Assembly (NCBI GenBank): GCA_030141605.1
Contig: JAQGDQ010000014.1
Coordinates: forward strand, 806,001-870,000
Source of the DNA: Tubiluchus corallicola
Lineage: Eukaryota > Animalia > Priapulida
DNA: 64,000 bases
Direction: 5' to 3'
The position numbers and the translations under genes were made by a program. This document shows, piece after piece, positions 51,401 through 64,000 of this stretch (positions are counted from its first letter, which is position 1; every line of letters begins with the position of its first letter). The notes beneath the pieces are model-generated. The model had not been told where the DNA came from, ran no database searches, and was given only the letters and a program-made list of their open reading frames with translations.

Positions 51401-54400
51401 GACGGTGAAATAGATATCTGTGTGATGCAGGTGTGCTGTGCTTATTATAGTTTCACAGGTGATTTTTGATTTGTCACGCCATGAAATTTCCTACTAAAGA
51501 CGTTCCCAGCTTCTTCACGTTGTTTGCTAATAGCTTTGAACGAGGTGAGACGTTCTAGCTGTTTTGATATCTATGTAATTTAACCCTTTCCCAATAAGTT
51601 AGTTGTCTATTGCTATAGGTATATGTGTAAATCATAGGACTGACAAGTATGGAATCATGTGTGATTTTCATTTCTTTGTTAATTATTTTTGTTAGATGTT
51701 TAATATTAATTTTGTACGCTCGCTTGTTGATTGAAACCATATATTTTAGTATCAGAAATTCAGAATATACGTGTTAACTGTGGTAACAAAGTAAATTTAA
51801 CAAACGAAAATCATACATGTTCAGCATTTAATGTAAGAGTTGATAAATACTATATAGTCTGGCAAGCTAAACGAAAGTCTGCTTTAAATTCTCATACATC
51901 GACGTTACAGTATATGTAAATGCTTGACAAATAAAAATTTATTTTGTACATGGATACATTAAAATTCCATTTGAACAATGTGTCAATGTTGGTTCAGTTA
52001 AGTTAAAAAGAGACAATTTTAAATAGGGAAATTAATCACTAAAATACACGTTACAACATCATATGTAGAATAATGAGAATTAATTATGATTAAAATTAAC
52101 AGTTCGAAAATTTTTCATATATATTGAATTTTCAAGCAAAGTTGGTATAACTAATTAGATCACCGTTTGCGAGCTGCAAATTTTCAGCAACAATGAGAAA
52201 GTAATACAAACGAGTGAGGAAGAAAAAAAATTGTATTTAGTGCTATAATGGATTATATATTTTTTCAATTTTTTTTTGAAGGACAGTTACTATTATAAAT
52301 AGGCATAATAGTACTGTCACACTTGTTTGAAATTTGTAAAGACCTATATATATCAATTCCTTCTAAGGTTCTGAGTTGAAAGTCTTGAAAATTCTATAAC
52401 ATGTCTTCATTACGTGGATAAGCTTATCCGAATGACTTGTCACATCCCATTTGTCACTCTAATTTCCTCATTTAAGTTGTGCAAAACAGGGGATAAAAAC
52501 ACGAAAGAGCTTCAGTTAACGTTATTGGTTAACGTTTGGTGCTTCGATCTTATAACATTTTGCAACAATTGTTAGTTTTAAAGTATAGTTAAATTCTGAA
52601 TAAACTTTTTTATAAAAGGTCTGTTCGAAGCCATAGAGGTTTCACAAAAGTTAGTAAAGTTTATCAGCGTTGATTTTGTGAGCAGTTGCTGCAGTTTTGT
52701 ACACTGTTATTCTGTTCTATATTTGCAATGACGATGCTTTGTAACATTACCTATCTGTCAGTCTGTCAAGTGATAAACAGAGTCATGCTTGCACATTTGG
52801 ATTTGAATTCATTCAGCCTTACGTTAACCCTTTCATTTTCTTTATATTCTTAATAGCAAATATTTGACCAGATTCTACTCTGACTGTTGATATCCTACTT
52901 ATGGTACCTTAATTACATTAATATTAACATCATTGTGTCAGTGTAGTTGTTTCTTATTTTTCCTTCAACTGATATTTACAGATTCACCTGGGTCTACCTC
53001 ACGCAAAGAAAAAGAAGAAAAGGCTAAGCAAATGAGAGAGAGGCAGCAACAGGAGCAGCAAAGAAAATTTGATGAGTTGCTAAAAACACGTGCCCAGCAG
53101 GAACAGTACATTAAACAACAGGAGGTTTGTGTGATAAATTTATAGGATGTACCGCACATTTTTTTAATTGTTGTACGTTTATCACATAGTTTTGATTACC
53201 TGCACACATATGATAAGAATGAAAAAATAAACGTGCTTCCAAAAATTTTTTAAAAGGCCTTAAAGAGAAATTAATCCCATCACTCAGAAAACTTTTCCAA
53301 TCTCCCTTATGCAGTCGTTTTGACATAAATTCCATGAAGTAAGTTTAAAATCACGAGTGTTAATATTGGCATTTTAAAAGCACAATAACAGCTTTCTGCT
53401 TCTGTAATAGATTTTTTCCATAATAGCAAATATATGAAACGAAAGGTTAAATTTTTACACCTCTGATCTCACCATTCCCAATTAAATTGATTGTCGTATG
53501 TGTTTTTATGACCCCCTACATTAAATTTTATTAAATTACTGCTGTACCAGTATCTTATGGTGTCTGACTAACATGTCAGTCTGGCTTACAGCAGCAACAT
53601 CAACTTCTCCAGGTCCTAATTAATGCCCTGGTAGTTCAGATATTGGATCCGTGGCTTTCCGAATTACCAGAAGCAGAGGTTTTTGTAAACCCATTCTCAG
53701 TTTGAGATCTCTTAAATTTCATAGAAACTTTAATAGTCTGGAGTTTAAGAACTAATCACACTGTTTTGAAGTTCAAAAGTTGTCGGTAACCTCTGAAGTT
53801 TTAAGAATGGTTGGCTTATTGTAAAAAATGTAGCTTTAAACATCTTTATTAGTTTGATGAAAGTGTTATTTACAATATTTTTGTAGGAAGAAAAGAAGAG
53901 AAGACTGGAAGAAATGCGGTTAAGAGATGATGCAAAGCAGAAGAAAGTTCGAGAACGCAAAGCTAAAGCTGAACTGGCTGAGAAGGTAGGTTGTCGAGTC
54001 AGGCATTGATAGATTAGTTGGTAATTGGTGAAGGACGTACCATTTCGTAAGCTCAGATTTTAAGTGCACCTGTATATTCTATGTTTCTACAATTCATGTA
54101 ATCCATCATTCAATGAAGAGGCTACCACTAAAATAGATTGGTTATGGTGGGACTAGTTTCTAGGTCGTTAACAAGGGTAATACTGTAAAAAACCACTGAA
54201 GTTCACAGATCTGATGGCTGGAACTTAGAGTAGTATCGTGTTCATATTCAATTTTTATATATCCTTCCTCAAAGAGGCAAATAGCTGGGGCAGTGTGGCA
54301 ACTGCATTTGCGCGAAGGCAGTCATCCATCTATTTACTAACCAGACTCCATGTTTTTCAACTGCAGTCACTAAGTGCATGTCGGTTATTACGTTAATATT

Positions 54401-57400
54401 AACTTCATCAAGAGCCGGTATCACAATATAATGAAACTGCCTGCTCAATAACAACAACGTGTGGAAATGTTTGAAATATTATTATTGAATATCTTAGTTA
54501 TCTCCTGGAACGTGCCTGATACCCTACGTTTCCTAAAAATGTTATAGTTTATTAGGAAATTGAATATTTTGAGTTCTTAAATTGGCGAACCTTAGTGAAT
54601 GGACAAATTATTCGACAAACATAGCTGATATTAAGATAGTGCTTTTCTGAGACTTGCCATGGTCATAATCGTAAAAGAAGCCCAAATGCCCATAAATCTC
54701 AAAAATAAAGAATTTTTAGAATTTTTGAGATTGATGGGCATTTTGACTTTTACGATAGCTGATATAATTTCTAACATTTCACTGTGACATGATTATTTCT
54801 GCTGAGTCAATAAGTAATTAAGTAAAAGCAAAACTTTATTATTAATAATAATGAGTGTTTTCGCAATTTGTGTATGTTTATTAACAGGAAAAGAAAGAGA
54901 AAATATTGAAGAGGAATGCAGAGCGGGAAGCCAAGCTAGCTGAATTACGCCAGCAACAACAACAGCAAATTAAAATAGCATTCGGTAGTGCTCTCCCAAA
55001 AACGCTTGATGAGACAAACACGAGGGGGAGAAGTCGCAGGAGGAGGAGTTCTCTCGATAGTCTCAATTTGACATTCAGTATGTTATGTCATTTTGTAACT
55101 GTAATGTCTACCTATGTTATCAAGATGCACTAATGAAATTTTTTGCAGCTTTTGCCTGTAGATATAATGTGCAAATATTTTTAAATGAGTAGATTCTCTC
55201 AGACATGGTTAAAGTTAGGTTAGTTTTTTAAAAGGACTCAAAATATGGATTATGTGATCCAATTTCTACGTAATCTCTTAAGTAGCTTATAGGTTAGAGT
55301 ACTTATAACAAAGTACCTATAGATTAGAGTACTTACTGTAACATGCACCTAGGACCAAATAGAGGACCAGCTCCCAATTACCTTAAGCTTGGCTTACACT
55401 TGCTGTATCTCAGTTTTCTATAAAATAGCTATCACCATGGTTACAGGCTGCTGCATGTCTCTCCAAGCTTTCACATGATTAGTTTTAACTTGATTTAATG
55501 AGTTGCACAGAATGCTTCGCTGCAGCATAAGATTTTTTTAGTAGCATACTTTACAGAGGAATTTCATTTAAGATCAGAATAAACAACTTAAATGTTTGTC
55601 GAAGTCTCATTTCAGACACTTGCTTTGGCAAAGGTAAACGTTGGCTTGTGCTTCTATGTATAGACCGTTATGCATTTCTCGTACATAAGTTATTTTTACA
55701 AAAATGTTTGAGCATGCTTTTATCATGCTTCATTGAGTTCCAATTTCTGCATTCACATGTTTCAGTTACTGTAAAAGACGTCAGACACATTGACTGAAAA
55801 ATAGCCTGTAGCTTTTCAAACGGCTGACCATTATAAGCCATTGATTGCAGATCGATGATCGATTGTTCTGGAGGTGCAGGCATTAGCTAATTAAAGCTTA
55901 ATGTAATTGTTGATTGCTGGATTTAATGCTCTCAAGTAACCAAGGACTTTCAATTATTAACCATTAATTTTTTGCAAAACAAGCATAATCTATATCAATG
56001 ATGACATCAATTATAACTCCGGTCACATTAAAGATTATCATGGTGATGATAACATGATAATGATAGTGCAGCAGTCTAGCAAACTAAAATTTCGTTTTGC
56101 AAGAATTTCTTCTTATCTATGAGTACTGTTAAGAAGTGATATTGCTATCACTTATATATGTATATAAGTATGATAATGCATGTATGTATGATATGTTAAG
56201 TAACTGTAAAACTGACCAACTCTCATCAGTAAAATTACTTACGTATCAACGACTGTGAGCAGCACAAAAACAATACAAACAGTCTACTATATCATAATCT
56301 GATGATGCATTTCAAAACATTCTTGCCTCACCCAGAAACAAGGAGCTTAAATCCCCATTTGGGGGGCATAACTGTATTATACTGCTGTGCGAAGCCTTGT
56401 ATCCTTGCCCAAAAACTGACTGGTTTAAAGGAGCAATCAAAGAAAAAACAAGAAGAAAGTATCTAGCTTTAAGGACAGTGTACCCTTCAGTACACAGGTG
56501 GCAGTGGCTGAAGTAGCCATATATGGCTTTGAACTGTTGTCCTATGTATCTTATTCACCCAGCCTGGCACCTCATGTCTTCTCCCTGTATTCCAATGGTT
56601 GCCATTTTCAGAGTGACGATAACGTTATCGATGCTGTTCAGGGGTATCTGGAGGTTCAGTATGTGTTCTTCTAGAAAAGGATAGCAAAACCTAAAAGCCA
56701 GTGGGCCACAAGAAAGTGCATCCATTGAAGAAAAATGAGTGGGTTGAAAATTATATGAGAAAAATCTTTTTCCTACAAATGTCACTTTTTGGATGAGGCC
56801 GAGCCCATTTGAAGGCCCCACATAATTATGGTGTCATAATGTCAATGTTAAAAGCTGTTTACTATACTCCTCTAACTAACTTTTCTGTGTGAGAGATACT
56901 ATTTTAACAAATGCTAATTATGTTATTATTAAGCCACGCATCAGGGTTGCATAGACGAGTACATTAGACAGAAGAAACGGGCGCATTCTGCGCACCCACT
57001 TTTACACAGCCGCCCACCCACAGGCTCTTCTACAGGATCGGGGGGTGAGATATACAATTTGACACTGCTTGTGTGTGTGAAACAAATGATTTTTATTCTA
57101 GATTTTTTTATTATGTGAAGTTTGTTTGTTTTTGTTCAATGTTTAATAATAAGCTGTTCTTGTGCATTACTTTAGTTTGTGCTATAATTATAATGGTTAT
57201 TAAGTAGACAAATCTGACTTAAATATAGGTGCAGCTTGAGAATGTATTTAGTGAACATTTTAAAGTAAAAAATTTTTCTTGAAAAGTGGAAAATAGTTAA
57301 CTCTACCAATATATAACTCATTTAAAGGGAATGTCAAGCCTTCTGGGAAGTTAGGCTTATTTTAATATTTGCGAAAAATGTTAGAAGGATTTAGTAATAA

Positions 57401-60400
57401 AAGCGTGAGTAGCACCTCGTGTGATTAGTAAAATTACTTTAAAGTCCGGATCATTTCACACCAGGGCGCTCCCATTTTAAATGCCCATTTTTCCACCAGT
57501 GACGTCATTCATCGATTGAAGAAAAGCAGCGCACTGTGTCAAAAGTATAAGAAGTTTTTACAAAAAAATTAGACAGCTGATTTTGTGATATTTTTGAATA
57601 CTAGGTAAGGCACAGAAGTTTGAATTATTTTAGCCGACACGTGCTTGCTGAAAACCATAGTGCACTTACAAAAAGTCACAAAGTCACCGGTTACAACATA
57701 ATTTTTGGAGGCAACCACGGTGCTCGAAAATTTTTGTACAGTGGTACTGTAAACTAACTATGTTTCTATAGACCGTTCTTTGTTAGATTTTTCTAAGTTT
57801 AAGTGATGACAGTAGACTAAGCTCAACATGCTACGTCTCTTGTAATTTCCTTTAAATACCTTTTGCATGCATGCACTATCAGTGATGTAGGCTTACATTA
57901 TTTTGCAATTTTCATTATTTATTATCACTAGATGTTTGTTAATTTTAGCTGATTGTGTGTGTTGTCAATAATTTTGTCACCCTTGATATTGTGGGAAAGC
58001 ATTGATCACCATGCATATGACTATATATTTTCAACTGCATATATATGAGCAGAAAACATGACAACGAGGCTTGTAAAATACTATATTTTCCACTCCTGTT
58101 GCACGTTGGCATGGTTACTCAAATTCCGCATTGCTGGAAGTATTGATGGCAGTATATTTTATAATTTAATTTAGCATGAAGTTTTTAAATGTTACTTGTC
58201 GCTGCACGTGCATCTGTTTGTCAATAAAACTCATAAAATGTTTTCTAATGCAATTGTTTTTTAGTCTAAATAAATAGTACTATTGCCCGTACATGACTTC
58301 ATAGTGTGTTTAGTTTATGTTGCAGAAGAAAATACTTGCTAACATTTTCTTGACAAATAGTGGAGGATAAATTAATGGACAGACTTTTCAAATTGTTCAG
58401 TTCACTTTTGTGCAAAATATTATGAACCACATGTGCCTATAAGTAACGTGGATGTTTTTACACAGGAGGCAAAGGTGGATCGCCTGCCCGATCCAGCTCT
58501 GTTAGGCAGTCTCTAGGGATCTCACAGCATAAGCAATTAGTTTCCTCCGCATCAAGTGCCAGCAGCTCGCCAGGTAGTGGAAAAAGTGAGTATTTAGACC
58601 AATAGTAATTAGCAGTACTTTATTGCTGGGCCCGGTTTTGAATTTTATTTTTTATAATCATGCATGAGTAAAATATGCAGGTACTAACTTCCACTTGTTG
58701 CAAAACTTGAACTAAATGATCACTAAGATCATGGGGAAAAGAGAATCAGAGATCTTATGATTATTCTCTTCTTCCTCCTTTGCTTTTCACATTGTCATAC
58801 TGACTACTGTATATAGATTCTTATAGAAGTTATGTGTGAAACTAAAATATTGTCTATGTAATTTTAATTATTCGTACATAAATTACATGGGACATGGGAA
58901 AATTTTGTTTATAGGCCTACTCTATAAATCAATGGATTTAAGCCAGTTAACAGACGATTGATAAACAAATTTTGAGTAGTAAACCAGAAGGGCCTTGATT
59001 TGCAAGATCTGTCATTAATATTACTTTGACTGAATGGTCCAATAAGTTATCGATGTGATGTGGTGACATAACCTGATTTTTCGAGCACATAGTCACTATT
59101 TAATTGGAAATGTCAAATGTTCAGAATGGCGTAACCCTTTCACTACATAATTACTTTTTAACTGGGCTGCATTAACTTTTGTGCATTTGACAATAACTTT
59201 TTGTAGTGTGTTACTAAAATGCAATCTTGCAAATAAACAAATAGTCGTTTGTTACTAAACACTAATATTGGATATTAGTTTTATTTGTACACCCATACTG
59301 CTCACACATTCATGTACTCACGCACGCATGTACTTATATTTATATACCCTCACAAACAAGGATGTACTTGTATTTAAAAACCAATTTCCATAAAAGTCAT
59401 AATACTAATCCATAATATGCAGCAATTGTAAGAAATGCTGAACCATGTGAATAAACATACATTTTACCAGTCATCAACAAGTGATTTTGTGTGAGAACCT
59501 GTTATACAGTACAATATTGTGGCATACACCTGGCGTTACTTGTTGTGGATAGGGGTTGTTAAACTTTTCTACAATACATGGTCGTAGCAGTGAAATAAAC
59601 AGATCCGACCCGGGTGACTGCGCTTAGTGGTGGCACTGTGCTGCCTTCCGCAGTGAAAGGGTTAAGTTACAGTTACATTTGAAATGAGTTATTCATTTAA
59701 GTATATTTTGTCTCACTAGTGATGAGAGGAAGCAGGGCCCACGTCAAAGACTCTACACTTTCAAAACTCCAAAAACCTCCATCCTCTAAAGCCGTAGAAA
59801 TTTCAAATCGTCTGTACAAGTCTCCTACTCGTGCATCCAGTGCGAGAAAAGAAATCAGACAAGAGAAGCATGCACGGCAGGACCGATCTTCGTCTACCAA
59901 TAAAGGCCGAGGAAATGGACTGGTAGGAAGACCACCTGCCGGACCAAAAAGAGAGAGCCGCAGTGGCATAAGAGCTGTAGGTATGTGCTGTCCGTGCATC
60001 CAGAAATGTAGCAAGTTACTTGATTTGCGGAAGCATTCAGCATCGAACTGTCTGTGGTGAACTGTGCTGAGCTGCTCTGTCTATTTTCAAGTTAATATAA
60101 AACTCAGGTTTGATTCACATGAAATACAATCATACTAATAGTAAACTTAAAATTTTTGTCTGCTTCGTTTTTACTTCTATGCGCACTGTTACAGTGGCAA
60201 CCAGAAATTTATAATAAATTTAAATATGAATTCATGGTTGCTTACTGTGTCTAAATGACAGAAGAAAATTTTTCAATCTCAAGAAATGTTCAAAAGATAA
60301 GTCTACATGATTTAGCAAACTTTGTTATGACTGAGTAAGATTCCACTCAAAAACATCTTATCAGCAGCCTTCTGAATAGCAAAGCTATTAGGACACTGTT

Positions 60401-61935
60401 AATGTGGATGGTGTGGTAGAACCAGGTCATAGCTTGTATGGCTAGTAGATACCGCAAACTGCAAACAAAGTAGTTTTCCTCACTGTCATCTACTCATTTG
60501 CTAGCAAAGATTGATATTGCTTTACTGAAAGGTAATTTTTGTTGGTTAAATTAAATGGCATACAGTAAACTTATATTATGTGAAACTGGCAAAATTCAAA
60601 TCGAAATTTTGCACATGGCAATTTCTTTTCTTTTTATTCGCAATTTAAAACAATGTTACTTTCCATTAATTAATGAACAATTGTGAGCTAAGTGTTAAGG
60701 ATATACCACAAAATGGGAGGAAATCTAATGCCCAGTTTTGTGTTTCAGGCAATAGAGAAGTTAGATCTCGCAGTAGTGAAGAAGTTAAAAATGTAAAGAA
60801 CATTATGCCAAACAGTAGCATGGTGAACAGTGCATATGCAAGTCTTTCTGGCAAACCCACCACGGATCAGCATAGAGTGAGATCAGCAGACAGTAGAAGT
60901 CGCACAGCAAGAAAGGCAGCCGAAGCCAAAGACACTGAAAAACTAGCACGAGCTCAGAAAGAAAAGGAACGTTTAGATCAGTTACGCAAGAAACGTGAAC
61001 AGGACAAGGCAGAGAAAGAGAAAAGAGATGCTGAAAAGAAAGAAAAGCAACGAGAGCAGTGGGCGAGGGAAAAGGAAAGAAGAGAAAAGGAAAAGGAGGC
61101 ACGTGAGCGGGAAAAGGCATTAAGAGAGCAAGCTATCAAGGAACAAAAGGAAAAGAAACTCGCGGAAAAAGTATTGAAGCAGAAGGAAAAGAAAATGATG
61201 AAACGGAAAGAAACAAAATTGAAAAAGGATGTTGAAAATGAAGAAAAGGTGACTGTAGCTTATATGATTCTATGTTGTGAAATAATAAGAAGTAATTCCC
61301 ACAATTTCTCGTTTTATATTACTTTACTTTTACAAAATTGGTAATTTTGAAACTTTTAAATCATTTTTTGTTAATGATTATAGAGTGATTTTTGGAATTA
61401 TGGTAACCCAGCCGGAACTTATCCCCTTTTACCTTTTTGAAGTTTCATCACACCAAAACGTTAAATATTTAAAAAAATATGTGACACAAATCTGTGTGTC
61501 TCTCTATTAGTCATTTTGAATTAAATTGACAAAGTTACAACTGATAAGAAGTTTTCCATAGTTCTATTTACATTAATTTTACATCGTAGTAACTTTGACT
61601 AATTTCAAAGACTTTTGTCTCCTTTACTAATCAGTTACCGTAAATATTTATGTACACGTAGTATTATTGTATCCTATTTGTGAAATAACTCTATAAATTT
61701 CTCAGCTGAGCTATGTTTTTAATGTTTTTTTGTATTGTCTTTAGGTAGCAGCTACTTCAAAAGGTGTCTCACTCAAGTCAGATGCTGCCATGGGCAAAAC
61801 TGTAGACAAAATGAACCAAGAGGAAGAGGAAGCTAAAGCTAAACTCGCTGAAAAGAGGAGGCTGGCTCGAGAGCAAGCTCAACGAGATGCAAAATTAGCA
61901 GAAACTGAAAAGCAGAGAAGAGAGGAAGAAGCTAG
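33450..61935 (+). CDS. MAP7: MAP7/ensconsin-family microtubule-associated protein (3' end lies beyond the window)
   Basis: Exons: 33450-33492, 48258-48437, 52982-53124, 53887-53985, 54888-55077, 56934-57044, 58466-58585, 59720-59980, 60749-61248, 61745-61935; all GT-AG and phase-consistent (612 codons so far). N-terminal E/K/R/Q coiled coil followed by IAFGSALPK, an NRLYKSPTRASSAR motif, and the MAP7-domain signature EEEAKAKLAEKRRLAREQAQR. The first two exons are the least certain. Confidence 0.8.
34520..34625 (+). mobile_element. 5S rRNA-derived relic (SINE3-like or 5S pseudogene)
   Basis: gaaagttaagcagcgttgtcatgtgattagtaaatggatgagtggtcacgggaaaacc resembles the 5S internal control region (gaagttaagca...tggttagtacttggatgggtgacc...gggaatacc). 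Confidence 0.6.
39050..39600 (+). mobile_element. Degenerate LINE ORF2 C-terminal relic
   Basis: Reads KRVSHLNLFGVIFNVKLCCSDHI...SRLYLLLRLNKMGFSVKELNMLF, a post-RT LINE pattern. Confidence 0.65.
41570..41626 (+). mobile_element. Second 5S rRNA-derived SINE-like relic
   Basis: gaggttaagcagtgcctaggctgattagtgaataggtgagtgaccactaggaaaacc, collinear with 34554-34611 and with the 5S A/C box region. Confidence 0.55.
42515..42975 (+). repeat. Dispersed repeat homologous to the interior (25885-26410) of the TA-flanked element
   Basis: Shared blocks in the same order: agaaacaatcatgttaagtaccgttttgttt, ggaagctaaaca.ttaatcacttgc, ttgaaggaa.ttttgtaa.ttttg, tgtgatttagaaaagtata, ataaattaat. Confidence 0.85.
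43605..46668 (-). mobile_element. 5'-truncated, near-complete CR1/L2-group LINE ORF2 (APE endonuclease + reverse transcriptase), disrupted
   Basis: Four consecutive minus ORFs. Endonuclease: GETKLDDSF, GGGVMAYVR, SYKPP, DFNFD, PTCF, IDLVLTN, SDVH. RT: NYRPVCVLP, MDLSKAFD, GVPRGSLTGP, YADD. C-terminus: LWNELP...CKCAICK. 3' UTR has AATAAA (43630-43625) and a short (CTTAT)n tail (43619-43605). Confidence 0.95.
47487..47582 (+). mobile_element. Short LINE reverse transcriptase relic
   Basis: Reads GVPQGSLLDPTIFNTFISDI, followed by a degenerate QHAD motif. Confidence 0.7.
54668..54756. repeat. Imperfect inverted repeat (hairpin)
   Basis: atcgtaaaag..aaatgcccataaatctcaaaaat pairs with atttttgagattgatgggcattt..cttttacgat. 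Confidence 0.8.
56400..56824 (+). mobile_element. Mariner transposase pseudogene fragment (3' part plus probable right end)
   Basis: Reads AIKEK...KDSVPFSTQVAVAEVAIYGFELLSYVSYSPSLAP...GCHFQSDDNVIDAVQGYLEVQ...QW...KCI, matching mariner HDNA...GFELL.HPPYSPDLAPSD...RW.KCI. Ends ttgaaggccccaca-TA. Contains stops and deletions. Confidence 0.85.
57326..57851. mobile_element. TTAA-flanked non-autonomous DNA transposon (Kolobok-like MITE, 526 bp)
   Basis: TTAA at 57322-57325 and 57852-57855; termini agggaatgtcaag / cttgtaatttcct (10/13 inverted match, AGG ends). Confidence 0.55.
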
Positions 61936-62265
61936 GTTGGATGATTATTCTCTGTCGTGCACTTAATTTATTGTTTGCAAGAGCTAAATCAGACAAGTGT
62001 TGTGCATTAGGGTCTTTCAATCGTCTGCTGTGTTATCTGTATTTGCAAATTTGTCTGTTTATTAATACATCTTGTAACAAGATTGTGCCATAAATTTCTT
62101 GCTAATTGATAAAATTAGTCACCATCATCATTGTCACTGATTGTCATTGTTAATTGTCACTGATCTCCATGAATAGCATTAAACTATTATGACACAAACC
62201 TGCAATTAATTAAAGTTTAAATATACTAAACTTGAAAAACAGGAAATGTTAAACAGTTTGTGTAC

Positions 62266-62330
62266 AGCCTGGTTTGAACTAGGAATCTTACTGCTAATAT
62301 GACAGACATCTTAGACTACTACACCATGGA
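62266..62330 (-). mobile_element. tRNA-derived SINE head (degenerate)
   Basis: Minus strand has A-box-like TGGTGTAGTAG and B-box-like AGTTCAAACC at tRNA-like spacing, but no intact cloverleaf. Confidence 0.45.
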
Positions 62331-62439
62331 TCAAAGCCAGCCAAAGTTCATCCCTTATAGCTGGCCAAGAAAATTCAGCATTTTGAATGTTAGATCATTC
62401 ATACTAAAGTGATTTTAAACTTCTTCTTCAGTTGCTCTA

Positions 62440-63620
62440 AATATCTATTGTAGACATAGATCCTCTACCCTTTATTAGAGCACCTCACTGTTTCCTGTCT
62501 GCAGCTAAAATTTTCAATTCCTGTGATGCTATTGTTACGTTTGGTTCCAGCTGTTGTAAATCTTTATTAATTCTTGATATCCAGGTTGTTTTTGGTTTGC
62601 CTGGAGGTCATTTAGTAGGTTTCAGTGCTTCGTTTAATGCTAACCTTACTGATGTTGTTTCTGGCAGTCTCATTATATTTCCTACCCATCTTAGTCTTCT
62701 GATTCTGATTTTTGTGCTTCAGTGTTCGTCTTTGGTTCTGTTGCACAGCTGCTCATTTGAAATGACATATGACCATTTTATTTTTAAGATTTTTCCGAGT
62801 AGGCCTCTGTGAAATACATTTTTATTTTTGCTTCCTGAGTTGCAGTTAAGCCCCACATTTCACTGTTGTACCTGAAGATACTAGTTACATATGCATTAAA
62901 GAGTTACATCCTTGTTTTGAGAGATAGTTTCTCTAATTCTGCCACTAGTAGCAGAATTATTGGCCTTAAGTTCTCTACTGGTCCTTTTCCTTGTTCGGTT
63001 TTTGGAATTGGTACTAGAACTCCTTCCTTAACCTCTTTTGGATAATTTCCCGTTTTTGCAACATCATTTAACAAGTTAGCAATTCCTGTGCTTACTAACC
63101 TGGGTCCCTATTTTAATTGTTCAGCTACTAAATTATCAATGCTAGGACTTGTGCCGTCCTTTAGAGATTTTATTCCATAATATATTTCTTCTTCGTTAAA
63201 AGGTGGTTCCACATCTACGGGCTCCAAATCAGGTAGAGTTTTCGAGTTAGCAATATTAAAGGATTTTTCAAAGAACTTAGTAATTAATTCTGCTGCTTCT
63301 GTTTCACCAGTTGTAAGTCCTTTTGCAGTTTCTACAATTATTTTTCTTTCAATTTATTTCTGTTTATGTTCCCAACAGCTTTAAACATCCGAGGGAGTCT
63401 TCTTTACTTTTTTCTATATCCTTAATACTTTTTAGCAGTCTTTCTTCTTCAATTTGTTTAATAGTTTTCGTTAGTTCTTGCATCTTTTTATTCCTTTTTA
63501 TTTGTAACTCTTTTCTCATACTGAAGTCTGTGTTTGCGTTATTATTTAGCCTGATTTCTTTTTGCTCCAAGGACAACTGTTCAACTCTTGGATCACTGAT
63601 TTTTTGATTTGTGGGTCTTA
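62440..63620 (-). mobile_element. Degenerate RTE-like LINE relic with the RT core largely deleted
   Basis: Minus strand reads PPFNEEEIYYGIKSLKDGTSPSIDNLVAEQLK*G (pre-RT) and RIRRLRWVGNIMRLPE...PPGKPKTTWISRINKDL (RTE-type C-terminus). The two are too close together to hold a full RT. Confidence 0.8.
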
Positions 63621-64000
63621 TTAAACTAATTAGATTAATTTGTTTACTTTAATTAATTTTAAGCACTGCTGGACATTGTGGATTGCACTGCCATTAAAAA
63701 ATATTGATATAATTGTTATAAAATTTAAGTGTTAAACTATGTTATTCATGTTCATTCCATAGCCATTTGATTGGAAATATAATTACACCTATAATAAATG
63801 TTGACATTATAAATTTCTACTCTTTAGTTGCCATCTTCTCAGTTAACAACAACAAAATTTAGCAACCTGGTTGGATACTATGGTACAAACTCTCTGTCTA
63901 ATTAAGCCTATGCCAATCTGAGCCTCTGATTGAAGTACTGCTTATAGTAATTGATCATAATGGCAACATGGCTGAAATGCAGATTGAGTGCTGCATGGTA

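Noticed and set aside
59603-59660. GC-rich candidate micro-exon before exon 59720
   Set aside because: No polypyrimidine tract, and it ends in phase 2, incompatible with the next exon.
60803-61120. 105-aa Phe/Leu/Pro-rich minus ORF
   Set aside because: Antisense shadow of the purine-rich coiled-coil exon of MAP7.

Overview
AT-rich, intron-rich animal (probably invertebrate) genomic DNA; no prokaryotic features or CRISPR. Three spliced genes were reconstructed by hand: (1) SLC38A9, the lysosomal amino-acid transceptor, on + (CDS 4856/7664-18978), with two apparent alternative N-terminal exons and one GC-AG intron; (2) calreticulin on - (CDS 29900-22423, 11 exons, 420 aa, ending HDEL), convergent with SLC38A9 and with two ERSE-like promoter elements; (3) a MAP7/ensconsin-family gene on + (from 33450, running off the window end), divergent from calreticulin. 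The 3.5-kb spacer between calreticulin and MAP7 holds a decayed G/T-rich tetranucleotide tract and a recent ~440-bp tandem triplication. Introns and spacers carry a near-complete CR1/L2-group LINE ORF2, several other LINE relics (one with RNase H, one RTE-like), a mariner transposase relic, TA- and TTAA-flanked MITEs, 5S- and tRNA-derived SINE-like relics, and an inverted pair of hammerhead-ribozyme-like motifs resembling a Penelope-like-element terminal repeat. Gene identities rest on motif recognition, splice signals and exon-phase consistency, not on database searches. No clearly new biological system was found; the best leads are isoform-level and RNA-level.
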